DNA of 64,000 nt from IMG/VR virus record IMGVR_UViG_3300046812_000144; one strand, given 5' to 3'. Positions 26,667 to 35,127 of the stretch are shown one piece after another. Made by a program: the position numbers and the translations under genes. The notes beneath the pieces were generated by a model that ran no database searches, was not told the DNA's origin, and saw only the letters and a list, made by a program, of their open reading frames with translations. Position 1 is the first letter of the stretch. Each line of letters begins with the position of its first letter. This DNA comes from an uncultured virus (IMG/VR IMGVR_UViG_3300046812_000144). Lineage: Duplodnaviria > Heunggongvirae > Uroviricota > Caudoviricetes.

Positions 26667-28978
26667 TGGGTCCCTCCGGGTGGCACCAATGGCACAGATG
26701 GTTGGCCGGCCTGACGGGCCTGCTGGTACGCCTGCGCGTTCGCTCTGATCCATGCCGCCCGAGCCTTCAGACGCTCGGCTCTGACGAAAGAGCGAAGCAC
26801 TGCTTTGGCTGCGATCGGATTCATCCCCTGCGTACGAAGTGTGGCTTGTGTCGCTGCTTCCTTATCGGCTTGCTTGATCGCCTCGACGTAGGCCAGAGCC
26901 TGATCGGCCGGGATCTCGCCCTTGACCCCGATGAACGGGATCGTTTCGGGCGTCAGCTTTGTCGAGTACGTCTGGAGCCCGACGCCAAAGGCTGCCGGCA
27001 GCGAGTACGCGAGTCCCTCGATGCCCTTGTCCTTCAGTGCGTCGTAGACGTCCTGCATCGCCAGTGGCACGGCACGCTGTATCAAGGCTCGGGGCCACTC
27101 GAACTTCTGGCCGCCCTGATCCTTGCCACGCATCCAGTCGGTAACGAACGAGGCCACGGGGGCTTCCTTCGCGATGACGAACTGCGAGAGCTTATCGAGC
27201 CGTGTCGGGATGCCAAACTTCGAGCCAAGTTCCGTGACCTTGCCCGTGTCTGCGTTCAAGGACTGATTCGTCACGATCTGCGTACCGAGCCGAATGAACT
27301 GGAACAAGCCACCGCCGAGGTCGATGCGCGTGTTGCCCACCCGGATCTTGCCAGCGTCCGAGGAACGGAAGTCCCACGTCACCTTGGCCCCGCCGGCAGC
27401 CGCGAGGCCGACCAGCGTAACAACCACAGTAGCTGAAGCGAGATTCGTCTTGATCGCCTGCGCCCGAACGAACGGGTGCAGCCCGAGGTAGTAGCCGGGA
27501 TTCAGCGTCTGGATGCGGGCCATTGCCAGCCGAGGACTGAAGAGGATCGTCGAGAGCAGCCCGGTCGGCAGGTCGCCGATCTTCCCTCGCCCTGTGGACG
27601 TGTTGACCCAGTCAGCGAGATCCTTGACGAACTTCTGGTCGTTGACGTCCACGCCGGCCGCAGCCGCCTCGCGCAGCGTGTTCGAGAACACGTCGAAGCG
27701 AACGCGGTTGAGGAAGGTCGTGTACGCCTGCTCCGACTTGCGGATCATCGTGCCCGCGCCGAGCGGAAGATTCTCCGCCATGCTGGAGGCGAACGCCTCC
27801 TCACGGGGCGCGAGCTTGTTGTGCAGGTCCGTGAGCGCGAGCCCGCCGGACTGCGCGGCCTCGAAGTCAGGGTGGTTGCGGATGTACGCCTGTGACTCGT
27901 GGAACTTGGCGTCATCGAATGCACCGAACATCGAAGCCATGTGGTCCCAGTACTCGGGTCTCGCCAACATGAGGATGCCCTGCCGGCCGGGGGCCGACAC
28001 GTCGAACGAGGACATCACAGCGCGTGGCACACCCAGAGCCTGCTTGACACGGTCCCATCCAGTTGCCGGCTTGTTCGAGTCGGCCCATGCGTCGAATCGA
28101 TCGATAGCAGCACGCGCAGCCTTGGGCAGCGGCACTGCATCGATACCTGCTTGCTGATGGAACTTCATCAGTTCGCGCGTCCACGCATCGTTCGTCAGTC
28201 CTTGTCCCTGCCACAGTCCCACCTGCTGTTCGAGGGAAGACATGTAGTTCAGAGCCTGCTGCCAATGCGGCACTTGCCCCGGAGGTGTTGCTGACGTCTC
28301 GGGCGCGTGAAGGGCTCGGATACGTTCCAGAGCCGCCTCGATGCGAACCGCGTCCTGTGATTCAGTACCGAGGGCAAACTCGTTCCATGCCTCATTCTTC
28401 TGTGTCTCAGCGACTGCGTCGAGTTTCGGCATCCCTCGGGCAGCACTGGCCTGTGTCACGGTAGGTGTGTCTTCAGGCACCTCAGTGCTGATCTCGCGAG
28501 CACTGTTCATCGACCAGCGTGTCTTCGGTCGAGACAGGGCTATGGGAGCAGCAGCAGGGGCGACACCGGGACTCGGTTCCTTCGTCGCCTCCGGCTTGAC
28601 GATCGTGCTGGTGACATCCGGGTCGGGCGGCGTCCGCGAGTTCACGAACAGATCCTTCAGTGCCTTCTGCACCTCGGGATCATCCTGCACGCGCAGTTCC
28701 AACGTGTTCTGGAGTGACTGCCACGCGGGCACGCTCACAGCATCGACGTGTGTAAGTCCCGCCTCTTCTGCCTGCCGAAGGGCAGCCGTTCCCCGCAGGT
28801 AGTCATGGATGAGGGGAACCTGTTTCTCAGGGTTCGTGAGTGAATCACCGATCCAGCGTTCGACGTCAGTCGGCGTATGGCCGGCCGCACCCACCATCTT
28901 GCCAGCCGATTCCGTGACGTCACGGCCAGTCGTCCCAATGAAACGGGCGATCCCCTTCAGTAGTGGTTCGTAGTCCAT
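26663..28978 (-). CDS. Large internal virion (ejection) protein
   Basis: Last gene of the virion module; helical, with WDFRSSDAGKIRVGNTRID. ATG at 28978 after an AGGAG RBS. Confidence 0.6.
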   Translation of the reverse strand: MDYEPLLKGIARFIGTTGRDVTESAGKMVGAAGHTPTDVERWIGDSLTNPEKQVPLIHDYLRGTAALRQAEEAGLTHVDAVSVPAWQSLQNTLELRVQDDPEVQKALKDLFVNSRTPPDPDVTSTIVKPEATKEPSPGVAPAAAPIALSRPKTRWSMNSAREISTEVPEDTPTVTQASAARGMPKLDAVAETQKNEAWNEFALGTESQDAVRIEAALERIRALHAPETSATPPGQVPHWQQALNYMSSLEQQVGLWQGQGLTNDAWTRELMKFHQQAGIDAVPLPKAARAAIDRFDAWADSNKPATGWDRVKQALGVPRAVMSSFDVSAPGRQGILMLARPEYWDHMASMFGAFDDAKFHESQAYIRNHPDFEAAQSGGLALTDLHNKLAPREEAFASSMAENLPLGAGTMIRKSEQAYTTFLNRVRFDVFSNTLREAAAAGVDVNDQKFVKDLADWVNTSTGRGKIGDLPTGLLSTILFSPRLAMARIQTLNPGYYLGLHPFVRAQAIKTNLASATVVVTLVGLAAAGGAKVTWDFRSSDAGKIRVGNTRIDLGGGLFQFIRLGTQIVTNQSLNADTGKVTELGSKFGIPTRLDKLSQFVIAKEAPVASFVTDWMRGKDQGGQKFEWPRALIQRAVPLAMQDVYDALKDKGIEGLAYSLPAAFGVGLQTYSTKLTPETIPFIGVKGEIPADQALAYVEAIKQADKEAATQATLRTQGMNPIAAKAVLRSFVRAERLKARAAWIRANAQAYQQARQAGQPSVPLVPPGGTQ

Positions 28979-28986
28979 GAGTTCTC

Positions 28987-31900
28987 CTACAGGCCGACCT
29001 TCTTGATGAAGGCACGGACACGGTTCATCTGCTGTTTGTACCACGCTGGCTGATCGCGGTAGTCCTGCGGGGGCAAGTACTGACGACCATGGTAGCCCGT
29101 CTCGATGGTCTTCTTCCAAGCACCACCCGGTCCGAGCAACGCGATCGCGAACTGCTTGTTCTTGTGAGCGAGGTCGAGTGCCTTGGTCTCATCCTTGACC
29201 ATTACATTGAGGTCGATACTGAACTTGCCCGTGGGCTTGCCTTCAGAGTCTGCAATACGCCAGACTCCGATCGTAGGTTTGAGTCCCTTGGCTTTCAGTT
29301 CCTTGATGAGCGGTTCAACCTGCTGACGGAACTTGAGGATGCGGCCGGGATAGAGCCGGTCACGATCTGTGTTGTGCGTCAGCATCGAGACGACATTGCC
29401 TTCATGCGTCGCCGGCTCGAACGTGTCTGGATCGAACGTATGCCCTGTGTGCTCTCCGTTGCCAGAGACCTCAGTCCAACCGTTCTCTCCCTTCGCGATA
29501 CCCCGTCGAACGGGCTCAAGAGCTTGGTAGAGGTTCTGCATCATCTTCAGATGACCATTGACCTGCTGCACGTATTCCTCGGGCGTGAGCCCACCGAGCT
29601 TACGCTCGACGAGATCTTCGAGGGGACGAGCGGAGCCCGTCTTCGTCGAGGCTGCACGGCCGCCGATCGCTTCCTTCTCTTGGATCGAGCCGACGCGCGC
29701 GCCTTCCCAGACGGCCGCTTGGAACTCGGCCGGGGTCATCCCATTATCGAGCGCCAACTGGCGGACCGCGTTCTCGTACAACTTGTAGTTGTTCGGCTTG
29801 AGCGCCGTCACGTCGTTCATCTTGAGCGCGCGGAGCATCCACCGGTCGAGCACGACGGCATTCGGGTCGCCCCGGAGCGCGTCGAGGAAGTTCTTGATCT
29901 TCGTGTTCTCGGGCAGTGCCTTGCCCGCCGCTGTATCCTCAAGCTGACCGCGCATGGAATCGCCACGGAAGCCCTCGAAGGGCATTCCAGCCTTCCACTG
30001 TGCGTACGCCTTGAGAGCCATTGCAGCGCCGGACTCGGTCTGGCCGTTGGCCGACGTGACCGCGAGGAAGCGGAGGAACATGTCCGAGTCTTCCCCGAAT
30101 CGCTGCTTCGCCCACGTTGCCGTCTTGTTGTACCAGCCCATGCCGTACTTGCCTGAGTCCTTCAGGTCAAGTAGCTCTTTCAAGTTCGCGTCAGCCGTGC
30201 CCGTGTCCTTGAACATACGGACGAAGTGCTTCTGTGCCAGTGCCGAGATCTTCTCGATGAAGGGCTTTACGACCTCGCCGTACTTGCCGACGAGGTATGA
30301 CGCGAAGCTCTCGGGATCGCGAAGCTGCTTGGCGAACATACTGGCAGCCAAGTCGAGAGCCGCGTCCCCGATCATCGTCGGGTCGAAGCCCGCGTTCGCG
30401 CGGCCGAGCTTACTGTTGAGGCGTGCCCTCGCTGCTTCCGCAACCTTGTCGAGAGACGCCGCGACCTGTGCCTGATGCTGGCCGATCGGCTGGCGGATGA
30501 CGTCCGCCGTTGCCATCTGGCCTTCGGGCAGCTTCGTGCTCGCGGTGATCTCGAACCCACGGGGCGCGAGGTAGTTCTTCATCTGCTTCTCGATCGGGAT
30601 CTTGCCCCCGTTCGAGTCGATCTTCGTCAGCCGCATCGTGACGGGCACACCGTGCTCGTCGGCCGTCGTGGTGATATGATCGAGGACCTTGCCCAGTGCG
30701 CCACGCTCGGCCTGCACGCCGCCGGGGAGCCCGAGCCGTTCGATATGCAGCGCGCCGTTCTGCTCCTTCACGACTGCGTGTTCACCCACGGACAGCTTGC
30801 CGAGGGCCTCAGCCGCCCGGTTCGCGGGCGCTTCGGGTGTGGCTGGCGAGGCAGGAGTCGCACCTGCAACCTCCGCGTTCAGAGCGCGGGGCTCCACTGT
30901 TGAGCTACTCGCCGACGGTGCAGCCGGCGCGAGAGCCTCCTCGCGCGGCGTTACGACTGGGGCCGGGACAGCAGCCGGGGCCGCCTCCACTACCTTGGCG
31001 CGCGGCTTCTTCAGCGGGGTCTCGGGGACACCGAGGACCTCGCGCACGCGCGCGTCCCGCATCGCCGGAGTCACCTCGGGCTGCGGCGGGACAGCGAGCC
31101 GCTCGCGGGGCTCGATGGCAGGCTCGGTGTTCGGAGCGATGCCGCTCGCGGGCGGGGCTTGAAGCTCATTCATCTGTGTGCGGAGACCGGTCGGCGGAAG
31201 CTGTGCTTCGCCCTGCATGACCGGACGCGGTTCGAGTGGCCGCGTCTCCATCGTCGGTGCGGACTCGGCCACTTGGCCGGGGCCCGCGAGCGCGCCGGGC
31301 GACGTCAGCGAGGGAGGCCCGCCAGTCGGCTCGGTTGGAGGCAACGCGACAGCGCCGAAGTTCGCCGTCTCACTCTCGGCCGCTTGCGCGAGCTTGATCT
31401 TGTTTCCGATGGCGTCGATAGCCCGAAGACCAGCAGCCGTCTGGAGCGCATCAGAACCGTGCTCTGACGCGATGATGTTCTGGGCAGCGACAAACGGATC
31501 GCCTTCAAGCGGGTACTGCGTACGATCAGCCCGGAACCTTGTGGCGGTGTTCGCAATCTGATCGGACTGCACGCGGAGACGGTACGCTTCGGCACCCTTC
31601 TCGCGCTCTTCTGTGGCCTTCGCTTTCGCAGCGTAGTCTGCTTGGTTCTTCTTGAGAGCCGCCGTATTGGCTTCACTCACCTCCTCTGCCACTGCATTGG
31701 CCTTGGCCTCAGCCCGAGCGGCGTGCTCACCGGGGAAGCGGGCGATTGCACCAGCCGTCTCACCGATTAGACCGAGACCACCGCCGAGCAGAGCACCACC
31801 CTTCACACCAGTTGCGCCTTCCTCGACACCACCACGGACCATCTCGCTCGCGACTTCCGCCGGGCTAAGATTGGCTGCGCTGGCTTCAAGGGCCGCACGG

Positions 31901-32952
31901 GTTGCCCCTTGCACACCAAGACCGACACCACCAACGATGGCACCCGTCGCCGCATGCTTCGCTGCCTGAAGAAGTGGATTCACCGCTTTGGCGGCAACGG
32001 CTCCTTCCTTGGCGATGAGTCCCATGCTCTTAAGAGCCCTGTTGAGTGGGCCTGCACCGGCACCAAGGAATGCAGCGTCTGCAAGTGCCCTCGCTGGCTC
32101 GGTGATCTGCGTGCGCTGCATCGCATCGAGATCCTGATCCATGGAGTCGATTGTCTGCTGCTTGCCGAGTTCGACGTTGCGTGCACGGCGTGATGCTTCG
32201 CCCATGATCTCGTCGTCGCTGAAGCCCTGTGCGCGCAGGCCGGGGGCCAGCTTCGTGAAGTACTCCTGCGTGCGACCATCGACGTTCGGGCCAGCTTCCA
32301 CCTGCCCCATCTTCTGCTGCTGCGCGAGGATGAACGCCTCGTCCACGAGCATGTTACCAGCGTGGCCCGCAGCAAAAGCAGCTTGTGTTGGTGCGCCACC
32401 GAGGGCCTTCGCCACGGTACTCGCTCCTGTACGGAAGGCAGTCGTACCGACGGTAGTAGCGATACTCGGCAGTTCGGCAGCAGCGTACGGAGCCAGACCG
32501 ACAGCAGCCTCACCAACGGCATGCCGCAAGGGAGTTGTCGACTGCATGAACGTCGGCTTGAAGTCGGCGAGGTACGTGTCCTTCAGCTTCTTGTCGTATG
32601 CCTCGGGCGTCATCTCACCCGCGAAGCGCGCCCGGTGACGAGCAAGGATCTCACGGTCGCTCATCCCACTCATGTCGAAGTCATCCGCGAACTTCGTGCG
32701 GATGCCATTCGCGATGTGGTTGATCTTCGCTTCGTCGAGATCGTTTCCCTTGTACTCAGTATTACCTGCAACAGGGGCAGGCGGGGGAGCCGGAGAGTTC
32801 ACGGTGTCAGCTTCACTACCTGCAACAGGCTCGGCAGCAGGCGCGTCCGGGTCGAATGCCGCCGTGTCAGTCGCCGCTGAAGACTGGGGCTTGCCCACTG
32901 CCGCTTCTTGCGCCCGCAGGCGCTTCATCATCTCCGAGAACTTCTCCGCCAT
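28987..32952 (-). CDS. 1321-aa multidomain internal virion / polyvalent-type protein
   Basis: Ala/Gly-rich N-terminal half, Pro-rich linker, GNAT-like segment, and a WY/LAVTS/KIKNF/VLDRW/QAAVW domain. Confidence 0.7.
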   Translation of the reverse strand: MAEKFSEMMKRLRAQEAAVGKPQSSAATDTAAFDPDAPAAEPVAGSEADTVNSPAPPPAPVAGNTEYKGNDLDEAKINHIANGIRTKFADDFDMSGMSDREILARHRARFAGEMTPEAYDKKLKDTYLADFKPTFMQSTTPLRHAVGEAAVGLAPYAAAELPSIATTVGTTAFRTGASTVAKALGGAPTQAAFAAGHAGNMLVDEAFILAQQQKMGQVEAGPNVDGRTQEYFTKLAPGLRAQGFSDDEIMGEASRRARNVELGKQQTIDSMDQDLDAMQRTQITEPARALADAAFLGAGAGPLNRALKSMGLIAKEGAVAAKAVNPLLQAAKHAATGAIVGGVGLGVQGATRAALEASAANLSPAEVASEMVRGGVEEGATGVKGGALLGGGLGLIGETAGAIARFPGEHAARAEAKANAVAEEVSEANTAALKKNQADYAAKAKATEEREKGAEAYRLRVQSDQIANTATRFRADRTQYPLEGDPFVAAQNIIASEHGSDALQTAAGLRAIDAIGNKIKLAQAAESETANFGAVALPPTEPTGGPPSLTSPGALAGPGQVAESAPTMETRPLEPRPVMQGEAQLPPTGLRTQMNELQAPPASGIAPNTEPAIEPRERLAVPPQPEVTPAMRDARVREVLGVPETPLKKPRAKVVEAAPAAVPAPVVTPREEALAPAAPSASSSTVEPRALNAEVAGATPASPATPEAPANRAAEALGKLSVGEHAVVKEQNGALHIERLGLPGGVQAERGALGKVLDHITTTADEHGVPVTMRLTKIDSNGGKIPIEKQMKNYLAPRGFEITASTKLPEGQMATADVIRQPIGQHQAQVAASLDKVAEAARARLNSKLGRANAGFDPTMIGDAALDLAASMFAKQLRDPESFASYLVGKYGEVVKPFIEKISALAQKHFVRMFKDTGTADANLKELLDLKDSGKYGMGWYNKTATWAKQRFGEDSDMFLRFLAVTSANGQTESGAAMALKAYAQWKAGMPFEGFRGDSMRGQLEDTAAGKALPENTKIKNFLDALRGDPNAVVLDRWMLRALKMNDVTALKPNNYKLYENAVRQLALDNGMTPAEFQAAVWEGARVGSIQEKEAIGGRAASTKTGSARPLEDLVERKLGGLTPEEYVQQVNGHLKMMQNLYQALEPVRRGIAKGENGWTEVSGNGEHTGHTFDPDTFEPATHEGNVVSMLTHNTDRDRLYPGRILKFRQQVEPLIKELKAKGLKPTIGVWRIADSEGKPTGKFSIDLNVMVKDETKALDLAHKNKQFAIALLGPGGAWKKTIETGYHGRQYLPPQDYRDQPAWYKQQMNRVRAFIKKVGL
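30840..30914 (-). tRNA. tRNA-Gln(CTG) cloverleaf embedded on the sense strand of the 1321-aa CDS
   Basis: CGGCGAG-TA-GCTC-AACAGTG-GAGC-C-CCGCG-CTCTGAA-CGCGG-AGGTT-GCAGG-TGCGACT-CCTGC-CTCGCCA-G-CCA. Confidence 0.85.
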
Positions 32953-32961
32953 GTGCTCCTC

Positions 32962-34128
32962 CTAGAACTTCTCTTTCGCGCCCGACGGCTTCACCTGCGG
33001 TGTTCCCGCCTTCGGTGTGTGCTTGGCCGGAGCCGTGTCAGTCGGTCCATGTTCGAGTTCCGTAGCGACGCGGCTGTAGTCTTCGGCGAGGGCATCGAGA
33101 TCCAGTGGGTCGTAGGTCTTCGTCAGATCCTTACCTTCGATCCCACGGCGAGCCAACTCTTTGCCGACGTAGTCGAGGAACTTATCACGCCGCGAACCCG
33201 TAAGTCCGTGAGCGTTGGCGATCGTGTTGGCCCTGATCTGGGCCGACTGTACCATCGTGTCGCCACGCATACGAGCACGTTGGTTCTGTCCAGCGATGAC
33301 CTCGTGCGTGCGCTGCTCGGACTGTGCGTTGGCGATGTGCTGGTTGCTTGCCTCCGCCATGGCGGCCTTCTCCTTCTCGGAGAGCGCGACGCGCCAGTTG
33401 CCCTTCGCCTCGGCCTCGGCCGCCTTGGCCTCGTGCATCTTCTGCTTGAGGACCATCTGCGCCGAGAAGCTGTTGTCCGCGCGCGCGTTCCGCTCGGCAA
33501 GCTGTTGGTCGTAGTCGGCGAGCCCACTGCGGCCCGACTGCTTGACCGCCGGATTCATGTCACCGAGCGCGAGCAGGCCGCGCTTCCAGCCCTCGGGCTT
33601 TTCGCGGTTGGCCTCGTGCTCCTTCATCGCCTTGACCTCGGCCTCGTACTCCCCTTGGAAGTCACGGCCGGGGTGCATCTTCTGGAAGAGCGCGTCGAGG
33701 TCGATCGCGTTCTGGTGGATCATGACGCGATGGTCATGCTCGGCCTTGTCGACCGCGTACTGGTCCTTGCCGCCCTCGCCCTTGTACTTCGGGTCGTTCG
33801 GGTCAGGCTCGATCAGTTCAGGCAACTGGAAGCCGCGCTGTGCAGGCACCGTCGTGGTACCGTCGATCGGAGCAGAGGCTGGAGCAACAGATGTGGCCAA
33901 CGGGGAAGCCGGTGCTGTGGCCGCCGCTGTCGCTGGCGCGGCTGCTCCCTGCACGGCCGCGCTGAGAGGACGCTGCACGGGTGCAGTCGCACCGGCCGGA
34001 ACTGGAGCGGCACCCTGTTGCTGTGCCATCAGATCGCGGATCATCGCGAGCTTGGCCGGATCGGTAGTGGGCGTCGGACTCACTGAGTCACTGACAGCTT
34101 TCGTGAACTTGTTCGGAAGTGGGCTCAT
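32962..34128 (-). CDS. Internal virion (ejection) protein
   Basis: Position; helical, Ala/Lys/Glu-rich. Confidence 0.55.
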   Translation of the reverse strand: MSPLPNKFTKAVSDSVSPTPTTDPAKLAMIRDLMAQQQGAAPVPAGATAPVQRPLSAAVQGAAAPATAAATAPASPLATSVAPASAPIDGTTTVPAQRGFQLPELIEPDPNDPKYKGEGGKDQYAVDKAEHDHRVMIHQNAIDLDALFQKMHPGRDFQGEYEAEVKAMKEHEANREKPEGWKRGLLALGDMNPAVKQSGRSGLADYDQQLAERNARADNSFSAQMVLKQKMHEAKAAEAEAKGNWRVALSEKEKAAMAEASNQHIANAQSEQRTHEVIAGQNQRARMRGDTMVQSAQIRANTIANAHGLTGSRRDKFLDYVGKELARRGIEGKDLTKTYDPLDLDALAEDYSRVATELEHGPTDTAPAKHTPKAGTPQVKPSGAKEKF

Positions 34129-34137
34129 GCTGTTCTC

Positions 34138-34722
34138 CTAGTACGAGGGCTGCGGTGCCGGAGGCGACCGGTGCGGCTTGGCCGCATAATCGGACGCTTC
34201 CTCGCCGGCTGCTCTCTGCTTCGGGGCGATCGTGTTCGCCCACTGACCAGCCGCCCCTGCGATCTTCTCGAAGGTGGAGGGCTGCTCGTTGTTGTAGACC
34301 TGTCCGCGTTCGGCGACGTTCGCAAGGTTCTGGTTCAGACCAGTGGCACTTGCAAGAGCGCCCTGCCACAAGTTCGCCTTCGCGCCCGCTTCGAGGGAAC
34401 CCTGAATCTGCGGAGCCGTTGCTGTGGCGAAGTCGGAAGCGCCCGAAGTCGCACCAGAGCCGTTGCCCATGCCGGACGCAGCAGCGTTCGACGCGAGGTT
34501 GCCCTCAGCAGTCTGGCCCGAGGTGGCCGCCTGCCGGAGCAGGTTCTGGCCGTAGGGCGAGGACAGGATGTTGTTGTAGAGCTTCATGGCGTCGGCGTTG
34601 ACGGCGTCAGGGCCGAACCGGCGGCGGAGTTCCTCCGGGTCAGCATACTTGCGCTTCTTGCCGAAAATCGCGCCGAGACCGTTCAGGATGTACGGGGCGG
34701 CGGTGAGGAGGGCTGCTGGCAT
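34138..34722 (-). CDS. Internal virion / DNA pilot-like protein
   Basis: Hydrophobic N-terminus followed by GKKRK; Gly/Ala/Gln-rich. Confidence 0.55.
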   Translation of the reverse strand: MPAALLTAAPYILNGLGAIFGKKRKYADPEELRRRFGPDAVNADAMKLYNNILSSPYGQNLLRQAATSGQTAEGNLASNAAASGMGNGSGATSGASDFATATAPQIQGSLEAGAKANLWQGALASATGLNQNLANVAERGQVYNNEQPSTFEKIAGAAGQWANTIAPKQRAAGEEASDYAAKPHRSPPAPQPSY

Positions 34723-34731
34723 TGTTACCTC

Positions 34732-35118
34732 TTACGGAGTCAGATAGCCGAACACATCGATGCCACAAGTGACACCGGCTGCTCCGGTCGTGATGGTGAG
34801 TACGACGTTGACGCCAGTTGCAACTTCGATTCCTTGTGTCGGCGCTGCTGGCGCTCCGGCTGCGGGGGCTGCTTCAAAGACAACGAAACCTGTGTTTGCC
34901 GTGATGAGGTTTACGAGGGACATCGTCCCCGGAAATCCGTTACAACTCAGGTTGACTGCGGCTGCCGCACTTGCCGAGGGGTCTCGGAAGACGATCTGCA
35001 TGATGCGCGCGACACGGCCAGCCGGGACGGTAAAGAGTGTTGGGTTTGCACCGGTCGCGATCGACTGTCCGGTAAGCTGACCGAGCAGACAGATGGACTT
35101 GTCTTTCAATGCCGCCAT
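34732..35118 (-). CDS. Small beta-rich virion protein
   Basis: LFTVPAG motif; follows the tail fibre gene. Confidence 0.5.
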   Translation of the reverse strand: MAALKDKSICLLGQLTGQSIATGANPTLFTVPAGRVARIMQIVFRDPSASAAAAVNLSCNGFPGTMSLVNLITANTGFVVFEAAPAAGAPAAPTQGIEVATGVNVVLTITTGAAGVTCGIDVFGYLTP

Positions 35119-35127
35119 GTGCCCTCC

